A stretch of 64,000 bases of DNA, from contig CAZBRE010000001.1 in NCBI GenBank assembly GCA_964494065.1, forward strand, positions 14,737 to 78,736, in the 5' to 3' direction. This stretch comes from an uncultured Alphaproteobacteria bacterium (GTDB taxonomy: Bacteria > Pseudomonadota > Alphaproteobacteria > JAPULJ01). Both the position numbers and the translations under genes were made by a program. The notes below the pieces were generated by a model that did not search any database, was not told where the DNA came from, and saw only the letters and a list, made by a program, of their open reading frames with translations. Shown piece by piece: positions 27,476 to 38,001 of the stretch (its first letter is position 1; each line of letters starts with the position of its first letter).

Positions 27476-30067
27476 CTACATCTGCGTCCAGTCGCCCGAC
27501 TGCTCGAAGGCGTGGGCGGCCTGGTAGATGGTCGACTCGTTCCAGTGCCGGGCGATCAGCATCATGCCGACCGGCAGACCGTCGTTCATGCCGCAGGGGA
27601 TGCTCATCGCCGGATGGCCGGTCACGTCGAAGGGGCAGGTGTTGGTGACCATCTCGAAGGCGCGCTGCGCGTAGAGCGCGAGCGAGGCGTCGGGCGGCGG
27701 CAAGGGCGTCGCCTTCATCGGCAAGGTGGGCATCAGCAGCAGGTCGTAGGCGCCCAGCATCGCGTCATAGGCAGCGCGCAGCTTGCGCGCCAGGTTCTGC
27801 GACTTGGCGTAGTAGTGGCCGCGGTGGTGCCGGAGATAATACTCGCCGATGAACATGCAGATCTTGAGGCTGTCGGACAGCTCGTCCGCCCGCGTCCGCC
27901 AGTTGGCGTGGTAGTCGAGCAGGCTGGTGGTGTAGAGCCCCTTCCAGCCCGTCCCCATGCCGTTGCCCTTCATCATCTGGTTGGTCAGGCCTTCGACCGC
28001 GATCGGCGTCCATATCGCCGGGCCCGCCAGATGCATCGGGATCGAGATCTCGTCGACCGTGGCGCCGAGGGCGCGGAACTTATCCGCCGCCGCACGAACG
28101 CTGGCATCGACATCGGCCTCGGAGTTGTCGTGGCCGAAGCCTTCCTTGACGACGCCGATGCGCAGGCGCGAGGCGCCGCGCCCGAGGGCGGCCGTGTACT
28201 TGTCGACCTGCGGCGAATATTGGCGCGGATCGAGCCCGTCCTCGCCCGCCAGCGCCTCGAGCATGAGCGCGTTGTCGGCAACGTTCTGGGTCATCGGCCC
28301 CGTATGGTCGATCGTGGTCTCGATCGGCATGACCCCGGTATAGGGCACTAGGCCGTGCGTCGGCTTCATGCCGTAGCAGCCGCAGAATGACGCCGGCATA
28401 CGGATCGAGCCGCCCTGATCGCCGCCGATCGCCATATCGACCTCGCCCGCGGTGACGAGCGCGCCCGAGCCGCAGGACGAGCCCCCGGCGGAATAGCCGC
28501 GCTTCCGCGGGTTGTGGATCGGGCCGGTGGCGTTGGTGTGGCTGCCGCCGGAGAGGCAGAAATACTCGCAATGCGCCTTGCCCATGATGGTGGCGCCGGC
28601 GTCGAGCAGCCGCGTGACGATGGTCGCGTCGATGTCGGGCGTATAACCTTTGAGCGTCGAGGCGCCGTTCATCATCGGCACGCCGGCGAGGCAGACATTG
28701 TCCTTGAGCACCACGGTGCGCCCGGCGAGCGGGCCGCGCGGCGCACCGCGGATCTCGGTCTTCACATACCAGGCATTGTAGGGGTTCTCCTCCTCCGAGG
28801 GCCGGTAGCCCGCGGTGCGCGGGTAGTCGACCGGCGGCACGTAGTCCGGCATCGCGTCGACCACGTCGTAGGCGGCGATGTAGTCCTCCATCACCGTCAG
28901 GAACTCGGCGACGCGCGCATCGTTCATATGCATGCCGAAATCGGCAACGATTTCGCTGAGCTGCGCGTGGGTCGGCCGCTTGACGATTTTGTAGCCCTGG
29001 GGATGGAAGGCCGCCGTCTCGGGCGGCACGCCGCCGGTGGCCCGCGCCGGCGCGGATTGCGCATGAGCCCCGTTGCCGCCATTGGGGCGCCCGCTTCCGT
29101 TCGAGGACAAGGCCGCGCTCATGGGGCGGCCGCCGTTCGGCGACGTGGTGGGATTGGTGCTCATGGCGGGGCTCCTTTGGAAATCGCCGTTTGCTGTCGG
29201 ACTCATAGCCTTAGTCTGGGGTTGAGGCTGGGGCTGGGGCGGTATCGGGCGCGGCGGTGATGCTGGGGGCGAGACCTGCGCACCCACCGCCGCCGCTGCG
29301 GGGCCGGCAGCGGCGCGGGCCGCGGGCTGGACCGGTGCGGCCCCCCGCCCGCCGCCGAAGCCGACGAACTCGTCGACCAGCGCCGGGTTCTCGGCCTCGC
29401 TGCCTTTGACCTCGCCGCTGATCAGGCCCTTCTGCAGCAACAGGACCCGGTCGGACAGCTCGGTGATGAATTCGAGGTTCTGCTCGACCAGCACGATCGA
29501 GATGCCGCGCCTGCTGACCAGGCCCTTCAGGACCTCGATGATCTCGTCGACGATCGAGGGCTGGATGCCTTCGGTCGGCTCGTCGAGCAGGACGAGGCGC
29601 GGCTCGCTCACCAGGCAGCGCGCGATCGCCAGCAGCTGCTGCTCGCCGCCGCTGAGCGCGCTGCCGGCGCGCTCGAGCAGCGGTTCGAGGCGCGGGAACT
29701 CGTGGAGGATGAGGTTGAGCGCCTCGTCCTCGTCCTCGCCGTGGGCGGCGACGGCGATGCGGAGATTGTCGCGGGCGGAGAGCATCGGGAAGACGCCGCG
29801 GCCCTGGGGCACATAGCCGATGCCGAGCTGGTTGCGGGCATGCGTCGGCTCGTTGGTGACGTCGATGCCCTGGAAGTGGATGCTGCCGGCGGTCGCGGGC
29901 ACCAGGCCGATCAACGCCTTCAGCAGCGTCGTCTTGCCCATGCCGTTATGGCCGAGGATGCCGACGACCTCGCCCTCGCCCACGCGCAGGTCGATGCCGT
30001 GCAGCACCGGAATGCGGCCGTATCCGGCGCGCAGTCCCTTGGTTTCGAGAATCGTATCGGCGCTCAT
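27476..30067 (-). CDS. fusion protein: LivF/UrtE-like ABC ATPase (N-terminal ~235 aa) + Pro/Ala/Ser-rich linker (~100 aa) + amidase-signature enzyme (C-terminal ~510 aa)
   Basis: Single uninterrupted 863-aa frame. Walker [10 protein letters not shown] and LSGGEQQ at the N-terminus; linker [18 protein letters not shown]...; C-terminal [15 protein letters not shown] (amidase signature). The start ATG overlaps the upstream ATPase stop (30065-30069). Confidence 0.75.
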   Translation of the reverse strand: MSADTILETKGLRAGYGRIPVLHGIDLRVGEGEVVGILGHNGMGKTTLLKALIGLVPATAGSIHFQGIDVTNEPTHARNQLGIGYVPQGRGVFPMLSARDNLRIAVAAHGEDEDEALNLILHEFPRLEPLLERAGSALSGGEQQLLAIARCLVSEPRLVLLDEPTEGIQPSIVDEIIEVLKGLVSRRGISIVLVEQNLEFITELSDRVLLLQKGLISGEVKGSEAENPALVDEFVGFGGGRGAAPVQPAARAAAGPAAAAVGAQVSPPASPPRPIPPQPQPQPQTKAMSPTANGDFQRSPAMSTNPTTSPNGGRPMSAALSSNGSGRPNGGNGAHAQSAPARATGGVPPETAAFHPQGYKIVKRPTHAQLSEIVADFGMHMNDARVAEFLTVMEDYIAAYDVVDAMPDYVPPVDYPRTAGYRPSEEENPYNAWYVKTEIRGAPRGPLAGRTVVLKDNVCLAGVPMMNGASTLKGYTPDIDATIVTRLLDAGATIMGKAHCEYFCLSGGSHTNATGPIHNPRKRGYSAGGSSCGSGALVTAGEVDMAIGGDQGGSIRMPASFCGCYGMKPTHGLVPYTGVMPIETTIDHTGPMTQNVADNALMLEALAGEDGLDPRQYSPQVDKYTAALGRGASRLRIGVVKEGFGHDNSEADVDASVRAAADKFRALGATVDEISIPMHLAGPAIWTPIAVEGLTNQMMKGNGMGTGWKGLYTTSLLDYHANWRTRADELSDSLKICMFIGEYYLRHHRGHYYAKSQNLARKLRAAYDAMLGAYDLLLMPTLPMKATPLPPPDASLALYAQRAFEMVTNTCPFDVTGHPAMSIPCGMNDGLPVGMMLIARHWNESTIYQAAHAFEQSGDWTQM

Positions 30068-30768
30068 CAGTGGCGATGTCCCAGATAGACCTCGCGAACG
30101 CGGGCGTCGTTGGCCACGACGTCCATCGTGTCCTCGATCAGGATACTCCCCTGATGGAACACGGTCACCTTGTTCGCGATCATTCGGATGAATTGCATGT
30201 CGTGCTCGACCACGATCAGCGTGGCGGTGCGGTTGATCTCGCGGATCAGCTCGGCGGTGCGCGCGACCTCGTCATGGGTCATGCCGGCGGCCGGCTCGTC
30301 GAGCAGCACCAGCCACGGCTCGGCGGCGATCACCATGCCGAGCTCGACCCATTGGCGCTGGCCGTGGGCGAGCAAACCGACGACGTCGCTTCGGATATCG
30401 CCCAGTTGCAGCCGCTCGATGGTCTCCGCCGTCAGCACCCGCGCGCGGTGGGTCGGATGCCAGCGCCGCGCCGCGAGCCAGATGTTCTCCTCGGCGGTGA
30501 GGCCGTCGAAGATGTTCGGCACCTGCGTCTTGATGCCGACGCCCAGGCGCGCGATCTCATGCGGCTGGCGGCCGTTTACGGTGAAGTCGCGGATCACCAC
30601 GCTGCCCTCGCTCGGCTCGAGCTGGCCGGTCAGGCATTTGAAGAAGGTGCTCTTGCCCGCGCCGTTGGGGCCGATCAGGCAGCGCAGCTCGTTCTCCCAG
30701 AGCGTGAAGTTGACGTGATCGACCGCCGCCACGCCGCCGAAGTGCATGGACAGATCCCGGCTTTCCAC
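30067..30768 (-). CDS. ABC transporter ATP-binding protein (LivG/UrtD-like)
   Basis: 233 aa; Walker [10 protein letters not shown]. Confidence 0.85.
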   Translation of the reverse strand: MESRDLSMHFGGVAAVDHVNFTLWENELRCLIGPNGAGKSTFFKCLTGQLEPSEGSVVIRDFTVNGRQPHEIARLGVGIKTQVPNIFDGLTAEENIWLAARRWHPTHRARVLTAETIERLQLGDIRSDVVGLLAHGQRQWVELGMVIAAEPWLVLLDEPAAGMTHDEVARTAELIREINRTATLIVVEHDMQFIRMIANKVTVFHQGSILIEDTMDVVANDARVREVYLGHRH

Positions 30769-30793
30769 GACGACCTCGCTTCTGATCGAGCTT

Positions 30794-31852
30794 CTAATCG
30801 ACCGTCTCCCTTGCCGGCCGCGCGAACTTCCGCTGCCGCAGCCGCTTTTCCTTGCGCAACGAGGCGCGCCGGTTGAGGCCGCGCTCCCATAAGCGGATCA
30901 CCTCGGGCACGATGCCGCGCGGCACCGCCAGCACGAAGAGAATGAGGATGGCACCGAGCACCAGGTTGTTGTTGACGACCGATTGGGTGCCGAGCCACGA
31001 GATCAGGTAGAACAGCCCGAACGCGCCCAGGATCGGCCCGATCAGCGTGCCCCGCCCGCCGACGATCACCCAGATGATGGTGAGCGCGGTGTTGTAGAGG
31101 CTGAAGACGTCGGGAGTCACGCGGCCCACGCCGTTGACGAAGAGGATGCCCGCCATCCCGGCGATCCCGCCGCTGATCGCGAAGAGCCCGAGCTTGTAGG
31201 CGCGCACGTCGTAGCCGAGCAGCTCGGCACGCAGCTCGTTCTCGCGGATCGCCTGCGCCACCCGGCCGAAATGGGTCTGGGTCAGCCAGACGCAGAAGAA
31301 ATAGGCAAGGATCAGCACCGCCATGGCGACGTAGAATACGTCCTCGGGCAGCAGCGCGACCGAGACGTCACCCGGCAGGTTGATCGGCGGCGACGTAATG
31401 CCGTTGAAGCCGCCGAGCAGCGACTTGCCGATCTTGTATTCGGGCCCCGAGGTGCGGCGCATCAGATTGTAGAGGATCAACGTAACCGTAAGCGTGATGA
31501 CCGCGAGATAGACGTCGCTCACCCGCCCGTAGAACATCACGTAGCCGAGCACGGCGGCGAAGGCGGCGGCGACCAGGATCGCCACGATAATCGCCCAGCT
31601 GGTGCCGCCGAAGTTGATCGCAGCGACGGTGTAGGCGTAGGCGCCGATGCCGAAGAACGCCGTCTGGCCGAAGCACAGAATGCCGCCATAGCCCCAGATC
31701 AGCCCGAGGCTGAGCGCCAGCACCGCGAGCGCGATGGCAGTGGTGAGGTTGATGATCGCGAAAAGCTCGAAGACCTGCGGGCCGAACAGCAGAAAAAGGA
31801 CGCCAACGACCCCGACCGCAATGCGCCAGCGAAGGAGCCGCTTGCCGTTCAC
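30794..31852 (-). CDS. ABC transporter permease (LivM/UrtC-like)
   Basis: GTG start at 31852 overlapping the upstream permease stop (GTGA). The 581-aa track ORF is an N-terminal over-extension through another gene. Confidence 0.8.
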   Translation of the reverse strand: MNGKRLLRWRIAVGVVGVLFLLFGPQVFELFAIINLTTAIALAVLALSLGLIWGYGGILCFGQTAFFGIGAYAYTVAAINFGGTSWAIIVAILVAAAFAAVLGYVMFYGRVSDVYLAVITLTVTLILYNLMRRTSGPEYKIGKSLLGGFNGITSPPINLPGDVSVALLPEDVFYVAMAVLILAYFFCVWLTQTHFGRVAQAIRENELRAELLGYDVRAYKLGLFAISGGIAGMAGILFVNGVGRVTPDVFSLYNTALTIIWVIVGGRGTLIGPILGAFGLFYLISWLGTQSVVNNNLVLGAILILFVLAVPRGIVPEVIRLWERGLNRRASLRKEKRLRQRKFARPARETVD

Positions 31853-32718
31853 AGGCTCTTCCGGAAGATGCGGCCGGTAATGCCCTGGGGCATCAGGCGC
31901 AGGAGAATGATCGCGGTCAGCAGCAGCGCCACCTCGCCGATCGTGGGCCCGGTGACGTAGCTCGCCACACCATTGACCACGCCGAGCAGCGCCGAGGCCG
32001 AGGCCGTGCCGGCGAGGATCGCGGTGCCGCCGCTGATCACGGTGATGAAGGCCTTGGCGATATAGGTCGCGCCGATCGACGGCAGCACGCCCGTGACCGG
32101 CGCCAGCAGCCCGCCCGCGAGCCCCGAGACCGCGGCGCCCAGACCGAAGGTCGTGGCGTAGACGCGGGAGGTCGACACACCGAGGGTCGAGGCGATGTCG
32201 GCGAGCTGCATGGTGCCGCGGGCGACGAGGCCGAGCTTGGTATAGCGCAGCACCGCGAATACGGCGCCCACGAGCAGGATGGCGACGAGGATGAGGAAGA
32301 GCTCGTAGCCGCTCGTGCTGTAGGTGCCGATGCGCAAGGGCCCGATCGGCGGCGAGATCGTGGTCGCGGTCTGGGCGCCGAAGATCGTCGTGATCAAGCC
32401 GACGAACAGCAGGCTCAATCCCCAGGTCGCCAGCAGCGTGTCGACCATGCGTCCGTAGAGGAAGCGGATCAGCAGCCGCTCCACGATCACGCCGATGACG
32501 CCGACCACCAGCGGCGCCAGGATCAGCATGGCGATCCACAAGTTGACGCCGTTGTTGGTGGCGATCACCACGGTGTAGCCGCCGAGCATCAGGAACTCGC
32601 CATGCGCCAGGTTGATGACGCGCATCATCCCGAAGATGATCGCCAGCCCCATGCTGATCAGCACCAGGTTGGCGACGCCGTATAGGATCTGAAGCGCAAG
32701 CGCGACGGACTGGTCCAC
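31849..32718 (-). CDS. ABC transporter permease (LivH/UrtB-like)
   Basis: 289 aa polytopic membrane protein. Confidence 0.85.
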   Translation of the reverse strand: MDQSVALALQILYGVANLVLISMGLAIIFGMMRVINLAHGEFLMLGGYTVVIATNNGVNLWIAMLILAPLVVGVIGVIVERLLIRFLYGRMVDTLLATWGLSLLFVGLITTIFGAQTATTISPPIGPLRIGTYSTSGYELFLILVAILLVGAVFAVLRYTKLGLVARGTMQLADIASTLGVSTSRVYATTFGLGAAVSGLAGGLLAPVTGVLPSIGATYIAKAFITVISGGTAILAGTASASALLGVVNGVASYVTGPTIGEVALLLTAIILLRLMPQGITGRIFRKSL

Positions 32719-32845
32719 GAGGGCTACCTACCCTTTCCTAGGTTCTGTCGAAGTCCGGCGGGAAGAAGCCTCGCCGGGTGGGCGGCGACCCTCCCCCGAG
32801 ATTTGAGGGAGGGCGCACCCGTCAAGCGGCGAAAGCGCCGCGCCG

Positions 32846-34102
32846 CTATTTGATCCCCGCGGCCTTGAGGCCGTTCTCGAAGTAGAACTTCGACTGGTTG
32901 GGGTTCTTGATGAGGTCGCAGACGAGCAGCGTGTCCGCCGGCGGCTGCTGTTTGTGGGTCTCCAGGATGGTGTATTTCTGGTCTTTGAGCTCCGCGAGGT
33001 AGACGTTCTGCAGCGCGTGATGCGTGCGCGGCTCGATCGCGACCTTGCCGCTCGGCCCGTCATAGGAGACCGGCGCCTCGAGCGCCTCGATCACCTTCAT
33101 TCGGTCGAGCGAGCCGGCCTTCTTCACGCCCTCGGCCCAGAGATAGACGGCCTCGTAGTTGCGCGCTGCGAGCTCGTTGAGGTCGGACGCCTTGGCGCCA
33201 TACTTGGCCTTGAAGCGCTTGACGAAGTCCTTGTTGGCCGGGGTGTCGATCTCCTGGAAGTAGCTGTAGGCGACGATCATGCCGTTGCCTTCCTCGGCGG
33301 AGATGAGCTTGTGCTCGTTGCCGACGCCGAAGGTGGTGGAGGCGATCGGCACATTCTTGTTCATGCCGGCCGACGCATATTGGCGATAGAAGGAGACGTG
33401 CGCGCCGCCGACCAGCGCCGACATGACGAGGTCGGGCTTGGCGGCCTGGATCTTCTGGATCGTCGGCCCGAAATTGGTGACGTTGAGCGGGAAGAACTCG
33501 GTCGCCACCGTGGTGCCGCCGTTGTCGCGCACATAGCGCTGAACCCACTGGGCGGTGATCTGGCCGTAATTGTAGTCGGCCGCGACGATATAGACCTTCT
33601 TGCCCCACTTCTTCATCACGTGCGGCACCAGCTTTTCCACCGTCTGGGCCGGCGTGGAGCCGGTGCAGAAGGTATTGCGGTCGCACACCCCGCCTTCGTA
33701 GAGCACGTTATAGAAATAGAGCGTCTTGAAGCGGTTGAGCGTCGGCCGGATCGCCTCGCGCGAGGCGGAGGTGATGCCGGCATGGACGACATGCGCCCGG
33801 TCGCGCGCCGCGGCCTGCGTCGCATATTGGGTGTAGAACTGGATGTTCGATTGCGGGTCGTAGACCTTGAGATCGATCTGCTTGCCGAGCACGCCGCCGG
33901 CCTTGTTGATCTCCTCGACCGCCATCTTCATCGTGTCGACCATCGGCTTGCCGTAGATGTCGAGGCCGCCCGACTGGTCGAGGATGCCGACCATCTTGAT
34001 GTTGTTCGCGGCCGCGTTCGCGCGGCCGATGATGGCGGGCGCTGCGAGCGCCAAAGCCGCGGTGGATGCGCCTTGAAGAAACTTTCTGCGGTCGACATGC
34101 AT
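32846..34102 (-). CDS. urea/short-chain amide ABC transporter substrate-binding protein (UrtA/FmdD-like), Tat signal
   Basis: Start at Met 34102 (MHVDRRKFLQGASTAALALAAPAIIGRANA = twin-arginine signal). Motifs shared with UrtA (GGVLGK, YEGG, DYNYG, a HH pair near the C-terminus). Confidence 0.8.
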   Translation of the reverse strand: MHVDRRKFLQGASTAALALAAPAIIGRANAAANNIKMVGILDQSGGLDIYGKPMVDTMKMAVEEINKAGGVLGKQIDLKVYDPQSNIQFYTQYATQAAARDRAHVVHAGITSASREAIRPTLNRFKTLYFYNVLYEGGVCDRNTFCTGSTPAQTVEKLVPHVMKKWGKKVYIVAADYNYGQITAQWVQRYVRDNGGTTVATEFFPLNVTNFGPTIQKIQAAKPDLVMSALVGGAHVSFYRQYASAGMNKNVPIASTTFGVGNEHKLISAEEGNGMIVAYSYFQEIDTPANKDFVKRFKAKYGAKASDLNELAARNYEAVYLWAEGVKKAGSLDRMKVIEALEAPVSYDGPSGKVAIEPRTHHALQNVYLAELKDQKYTILETHKQQPPADTLLVCDLIKNPNQSKFYFENGLKAAGIK

Positions 34103-34154
34103 GGTCCCAACTCCTCGTTCGTGTCTGTTTCTGGCCGTTGCCCGATTTGTGCCG

Positions 34155-35837
34155 TTACGTCTTTTCGCCACCGCTCTCGGAAGCGCCCCCGGTATCCGCG
34201 GCGTCGTCGCTGAACTCGCTCTCGCCGTTGGCGTTGGCCCGCTCGGTGACGGAGGTGGCGAGACCGTCGAGACCGTCGGCGATGTTGAGGCCGACCTGCT
34301 CGCCGAGCTTGCGCACCGCCGGAAGCTGCAGCGCCATCGCGAGTATGCCATCGACGACCTGATTGACCACGGCCCGATCGCCGCCACCATTGGCGGCGCC
34401 GTTCGCATGACCGTTTCCGCCGCCGTTTCCACCGCCGTTGCCGAACCCGGTGATGTGGTTGATGCGGATGCTGTCGATCTTTTCCGCCGGCCGCATCATC
34501 TCGCCGACGACCTCGGGCAGCGTCTTCAGGCGCGCGAGGTCGAGCTTGAGGCCGATGAGCTCCTCGCTCTGCGAATTCTCCGCATCGATCAGCGCCGCCT
34601 CGCCCTGCGCCTTGGCGAGCTGCTCGGTCTTGTTCGCCCGCGCGCGGATCGTGGTCGCATTGGCCTCGGCGTTCGCCATGGCGAGGATGGTGCCGGTCTC
34701 GCTGCGCACGCGGGTGTCGTCGACTTCCGCCTGCTCGGCCGCGCGGATCAGGGCGAGCGCCTTCTCGCGCTCGACGATGGCGGTTTCGCGCGCCGTCTCG
34801 ACCTGCTCTTGGGCCGCGATCTCCTCGGCTTTCGCCTTCTGCGCCGCGGCCTCGGCATGGGCTTCCTCGCTACGCTTGGCGGCGAGCTTGATCGCGACAT
34901 CGTGCTGGACGGTCTCGCTGGCCAGGTTGGCTTCGAGCTCGTTGGCGCGCAGCGAGCGGTCGCGCTCGATCTCGGCGGCGCGCACCTCGCGGTCGCGGTT
35001 GATGCGCGCCTGCTCGCGGCGCTCCTCGGCCGCCGCCTGGCGCTCGGCGACCTCGGCGTCGCTCAGCGCCCGCTGGGTCTCGATCTGCTGGTGCTGCGCG
35101 ATCTGCGCCTCCTGCTCCTCCTGCTCGATGATGAGGCGGCGCTTGGTGGCGTCGAGCTGGCTCTGGCGCACCGAGGTCTCGGCATCGGCCTCGATGGCGG
35201 CGCGCTCTTTCTTGTTGGTGGCGATGATCTCGGCCAGCCGCCGCATGCCGAGGGCATTGAAGGCGTTGTTCTCGTCGAGGGCGTGGAACGGCGTCTGGTC
35301 GAGGCGGGTCAGCGACACGGACTCGAGCACCAGGCCGTCCTGCGCCAGGTTGTCCTCCAGGGTCTGCGAGACCTCGCCGACATACTGGCCGCGGCCGTCC
35401 TGGAGGCTGTCCATGGTGTAACGCGCGGCCACCGCGAGCATCGAGTCGACCAGCCGGCCCTCGAGGATCTCGGCAAGTTCGGCGGCGCGGAACGACTTCC
35501 CGCCGAGCGCCTGGGCCGCCGTCGCCACGCCCTTTTCGGTCGATTGGACGCGCACGTAGAACTCAGCGGAGGCGTCGACGCGCAGGCGGTCGAGGGTGAT
35601 CATCGAGCGCTCGCCGACCCGCTCGATCTCCAGGCGGGTCGTCTTCATGTTGACTTCGGAGACCTTGTGCAGGAACGGCAATGCCAGGCAGCCGCCATCG
35701 AGCACGACCTTCTGGCCGCCGGCGCCGGTTCGCACCAACGCGATCTCGCGCGTCGCCTTCTTGTAGAAGCGATTGAGGAAGAGGATCGCCAGGATGATGG
35801 CGATAACGAGGATGACAATCGCGACGAACCAGACCAA
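34155..35837 (-). CDS. flotillin-like SPFH/band-7 protein (YqiK family)
   Basis: 560 aa; N-terminal TM helix, SPFH domain, long Ala/Glu-rich coiled coil, Gly/Asn-rich tail. Confidence 0.85.
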   Translation of the reverse strand: MVWFVAIVILVIAIILAILFLNRFYKKATREIALVRTGAGGQKVVLDGGCLALPFLHKVSEVNMKTTRLEIERVGERSMITLDRLRVDASAEFYVRVQSTEKGVATAAQALGGKSFRAAELAEILEGRLVDSMLAVAARYTMDSLQDGRGQYVGEVSQTLEDNLAQDGLVLESVSLTRLDQTPFHALDENNAFNALGMRRLAEIIATNKKERAAIEADAETSVRQSQLDATKRRLIIEQEEQEAQIAQHQQIETQRALSDAEVAERQAAAEERREQARINRDREVRAAEIERDRSLRANELEANLASETVQHDVAIKLAAKRSEEAHAEAAAQKAKAEEIAAQEQVETARETAIVEREKALALIRAAEQAEVDDTRVRSETGTILAMANAEANATTIRARANKTEQLAKAQGEAALIDAENSQSEELIGLKLDLARLKTLPEVVGEMMRPAEKIDSIRINHITGFGNGGGNGGGNGHANGAANGGGDRAVVNQVVDGILAMALQLPAVRKLGEQVGLNIADGLDGLATSVTERANANGESEFSDDAADTGGASESGGEKT

Positions 35838-36074
35838 TGCCCCGTCCCTCCGCCGGCCGTCGCGTCGGGGTGCCCCGATTATCGAGGCGCCCGCCGCCCG
35901 CCGGTCTCAGTTCGGCTCCTCGCGCGCCCCGGCCGCTGCCCCGGCCGGACCGCTGAAGCCCTTGTGAAACCAACGTTATCGAATGATTGTTTTCCTCGTC
36001 AAATAAAAACTTTCCAATTCAAGCTTTTCGATTTGGATGAATTCGGCCGGCGGCGACCGTGAAAGCGACAGAAG

Positions 36075-37229
36075 TCAGCGCGCGCCGAGCTCGGTGACGA
36101 TGTCGAAGCGGTTGCCCTTGGCCTCGGCGAGGAAGATCGGCGCCTTGACGCGCCGGTCGGGACCGAACGCAGCGCCGCGGACGCCGCCGAACGAAATCGT
36201 CCGGTCGAGCCGCCGCCAGTCGTCGCCCGGGGCGAGCAGCGCGCGCAGGAAATGCATGCCCTCGTAAAGCGACTCGCCAAGCGCGTTCAACATCGGCGCG
36301 CCGTCGCCGAGATGCCCGTAATAGCGCTCCTTGAAGCCGCCATTGTCGCGCGTGCCCATATTCGCGAAGTAGCCGGCGGCGGCAAACAGCCCGTCGGTAT
36401 GCGCGCTGTCGATGCCGAGAAGAACATTCTCCTCCACGGCGCAGGAAAAGCGCAGGATACGCTCGCTCAAGCCCCGCCGCCCGAAAGCGCGATTGAAGTT
36501 CACGGCGTCCTGGCCGACCAGCGACACCAGCACCGCGTCGGGCTTCAAACCCGCAATCCAGTCGAGCACATCGTCGAATTGCTCGCGGTCGAAGGGCAGA
36601 TAACGCTCCCCCACCACCTCGCCGTCATGCGCCTTGAGGAACTGGCGGGCCAGCGCGTGGCTGCGGTGCGGCCAGACATAGTCGTTGCCCAGCAGCACCC
36701 AGCGCCGCACCCGGTAGCGCTCGCCAAGCCAGCCCATCGCCGGCAGAAGCTGGTCGGCCGGCGTCTCGCCGATCGCATAGACCCCCGGCGTGCGCTCGCC
36801 GCCCTCGTAGAGCGGCGTGTAGACGTATGGAATGACGCCGCCGATGGTGCGCACCAATGACTCGCGCACGGCGCTGATATGCATGCCGACGATGGCGTCG
36901 ATCTCGCCGGTCTCGACCAGGATCGCCGCGCGCTCGGCCGTGTCGTCGGGATCCGCGCCGGCGTCCTCGATGCGCAGCGCCACTTCGAGGCCGAGAATGC
37001 CGCCCGCCTCGTTGATCTCGTGCGCGGCGAGGGTGGCGCAACTCCGGCACGATGGCCCCCAGATGCCCGCCGCACCCTCGGTTGGAATGAAGATCCCGAC
37101 ATTGAGGCGCCGCGCGTCGTGCCGCACGAGCCCCGCGCCGCGCGCGGCCATAACCCCGTGCGCGCCTGCACCGAATGCCTTTGCCGCCAGCAGCCCCTGC
37201 CGCCGTTCCCCGAGGGCTCGTGCCAACAT
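36075..37229 (-). CDS. LivK/Peripla_BP_6-family binding protein (orphan; either periplasmic via a possible Tat signal or an AmiC-like cytoplasmic sensor)
   Basis: Type I PBP fold motifs; N-terminus MLARALGERRQGLLAAKAFGAGAHGVMAA has an RR motif. No permease or ATPase genes adjacent. The start is uncertain; the track ORF extends to 37328. Confidence 0.65.
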   Translation of the reverse strand: MLARALGERRQGLLAAKAFGAGAHGVMAARGAGLVRHDARRLNVGIFIPTEGAAGIWGPSCRSCATLAAHEINEAGGILGLEVALRIEDAGADPDDTAERAAILVETGEIDAIVGMHISAVRESLVRTIGGVIPYVYTPLYEGGERTPGVYAIGETPADQLLPAMGWLGERYRVRRWVLLGNDYVWPHRSHALARQFLKAHDGEVVGERYLPFDREQFDDVLDWIAGLKPDAVLVSLVGQDAVNFNRAFGRRGLSERILRFSCAVEENVLLGIDSAHTDGLFAAAGYFANMGTRDNGGFKERYYGHLGDGAPMLNALGESLYEGMHFLRALLAPGDDWRRLDRTISFGGVRGAAFGPDRRVKAPIFLAEAKGNRFDIVTELGAR

Positions 37230-37369
37230 GTCCCGCAACCCGTTGTTTTCCGGGCTCTCTGGACACAACTGTGCGGGCAGCAAGCGGTGAAAGCAACAAA
37301 AATGCTGCACCTGCGTAATGCAGACCATGGCGCGCAGCGGCCGAATGTTTTCCTCGGCAAATAACTTGT

Positions 37370-37387
37370 GGCCGTCGCGCGACCGCC
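37370..37387. promoter_or_regulatory. imperfect 18-bp palindrome GGCCGTCGCGCGACCGCC upstream of marR (candidate MarR operator)
   Basis: Seen in sequence 46 bp upstream of the MarR ATG. The core GTCGCGCGAC is a perfect palindrome. Confidence 0.3.
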
Positions 37388-37432
37388 TTATATGTCGCGG
37401 CGGGAAACGCCAGCCTCAAGAAGGCCATAAAA

Positions 37433-37879
37433 ATGACGGATGAACCGTACGCCGATCAGCTGCCTTACCTCCTTGCCCAGGCAAACCGGCATGTGCACGG
37501 CGACCTCCAGGGCCTGCTCAAGGCGAAGGGGATCCCGGTGGAGCAATGGCGCATCCTGCAGGTCTTGAGCGACCGCCGCGGCCGCTCGATGGGCGAGCTC
37601 GCCAAGGCGGTGCTGATGAACCACCCGGCGCTGACCAAGACCATCGACCGCATGATCATGCGCGCCCTGGTCCACCGCCGCCATGACCCGGAAGACAACC
37701 GCCGCGTGCTCGTCCACATCTCGGAGTTCGGCTCCGACCTGGTGGCGCAGTGCGAGGAGCGGATCGCGGGCTACGAGGATCAGCTCGCCGAACGGCTCGG
37801 TCCCCGCAACGCCGCGCAGCTGCGCAGGCTCCTCCACACCCTGGTTGCCGACGCCAACGCAACGCCGTCGCGCCACTAG
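37433..37879 (+). CDS. MarR family transcriptional regulator
   Basis: 148 aa winged-helix protein (EQWRILQVLSDRRGRSMGELAKAVLMNHPALTKTIDRM). Confidence 0.85.
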   Translation: MTDEPYADQLPYLLAQANRHVHGDLQGLLKAKGIPVEQWRILQVLSDRRGRSMGELAKAVLMNHPALTKTIDRMIMRALVHRRHDPEDNRRVLVHISEFGSDLVAQCEERIAGYEDQLAERLGPRNAAQLRRLLHTLVADANATPSRH

Positions 37880-38001
37880 GTCTGGTTGAGCGGACTGGCG
37901 CCAGACTGGCCAATGCACGCAATTTTATTGCGTTTTTCATGGCCGCCGCCGGAGACGCTTGTCACCACCGTTAATCGCGATACATAGCTGCAACTTGGCG
38001 T

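Noticed and set aside
30794-32539. 581-aa minus-strand ORF
   Set aside because: N-terminal 229 codons are an alternate-frame read-through of the LivH-like gene. The real start is GTG 31852 (GTGA overlap).
32846-34432. 528-aa version of the UrtA-like binding protein
   Set aside because: The first 110 codons (Ser/Pro/Thr-rich) precede a canonical Tat signal starting at Met 34102 and overlap the flotillin gene end. Over-extension.
34101-36062. 653-aa plus-strand ORF
   Set aside because: Antisense to the UrtA-like binding protein start and the flotillin gene. The flotillin coiled coil (Ala/Glu codons) gives a stop-free antisense frame.
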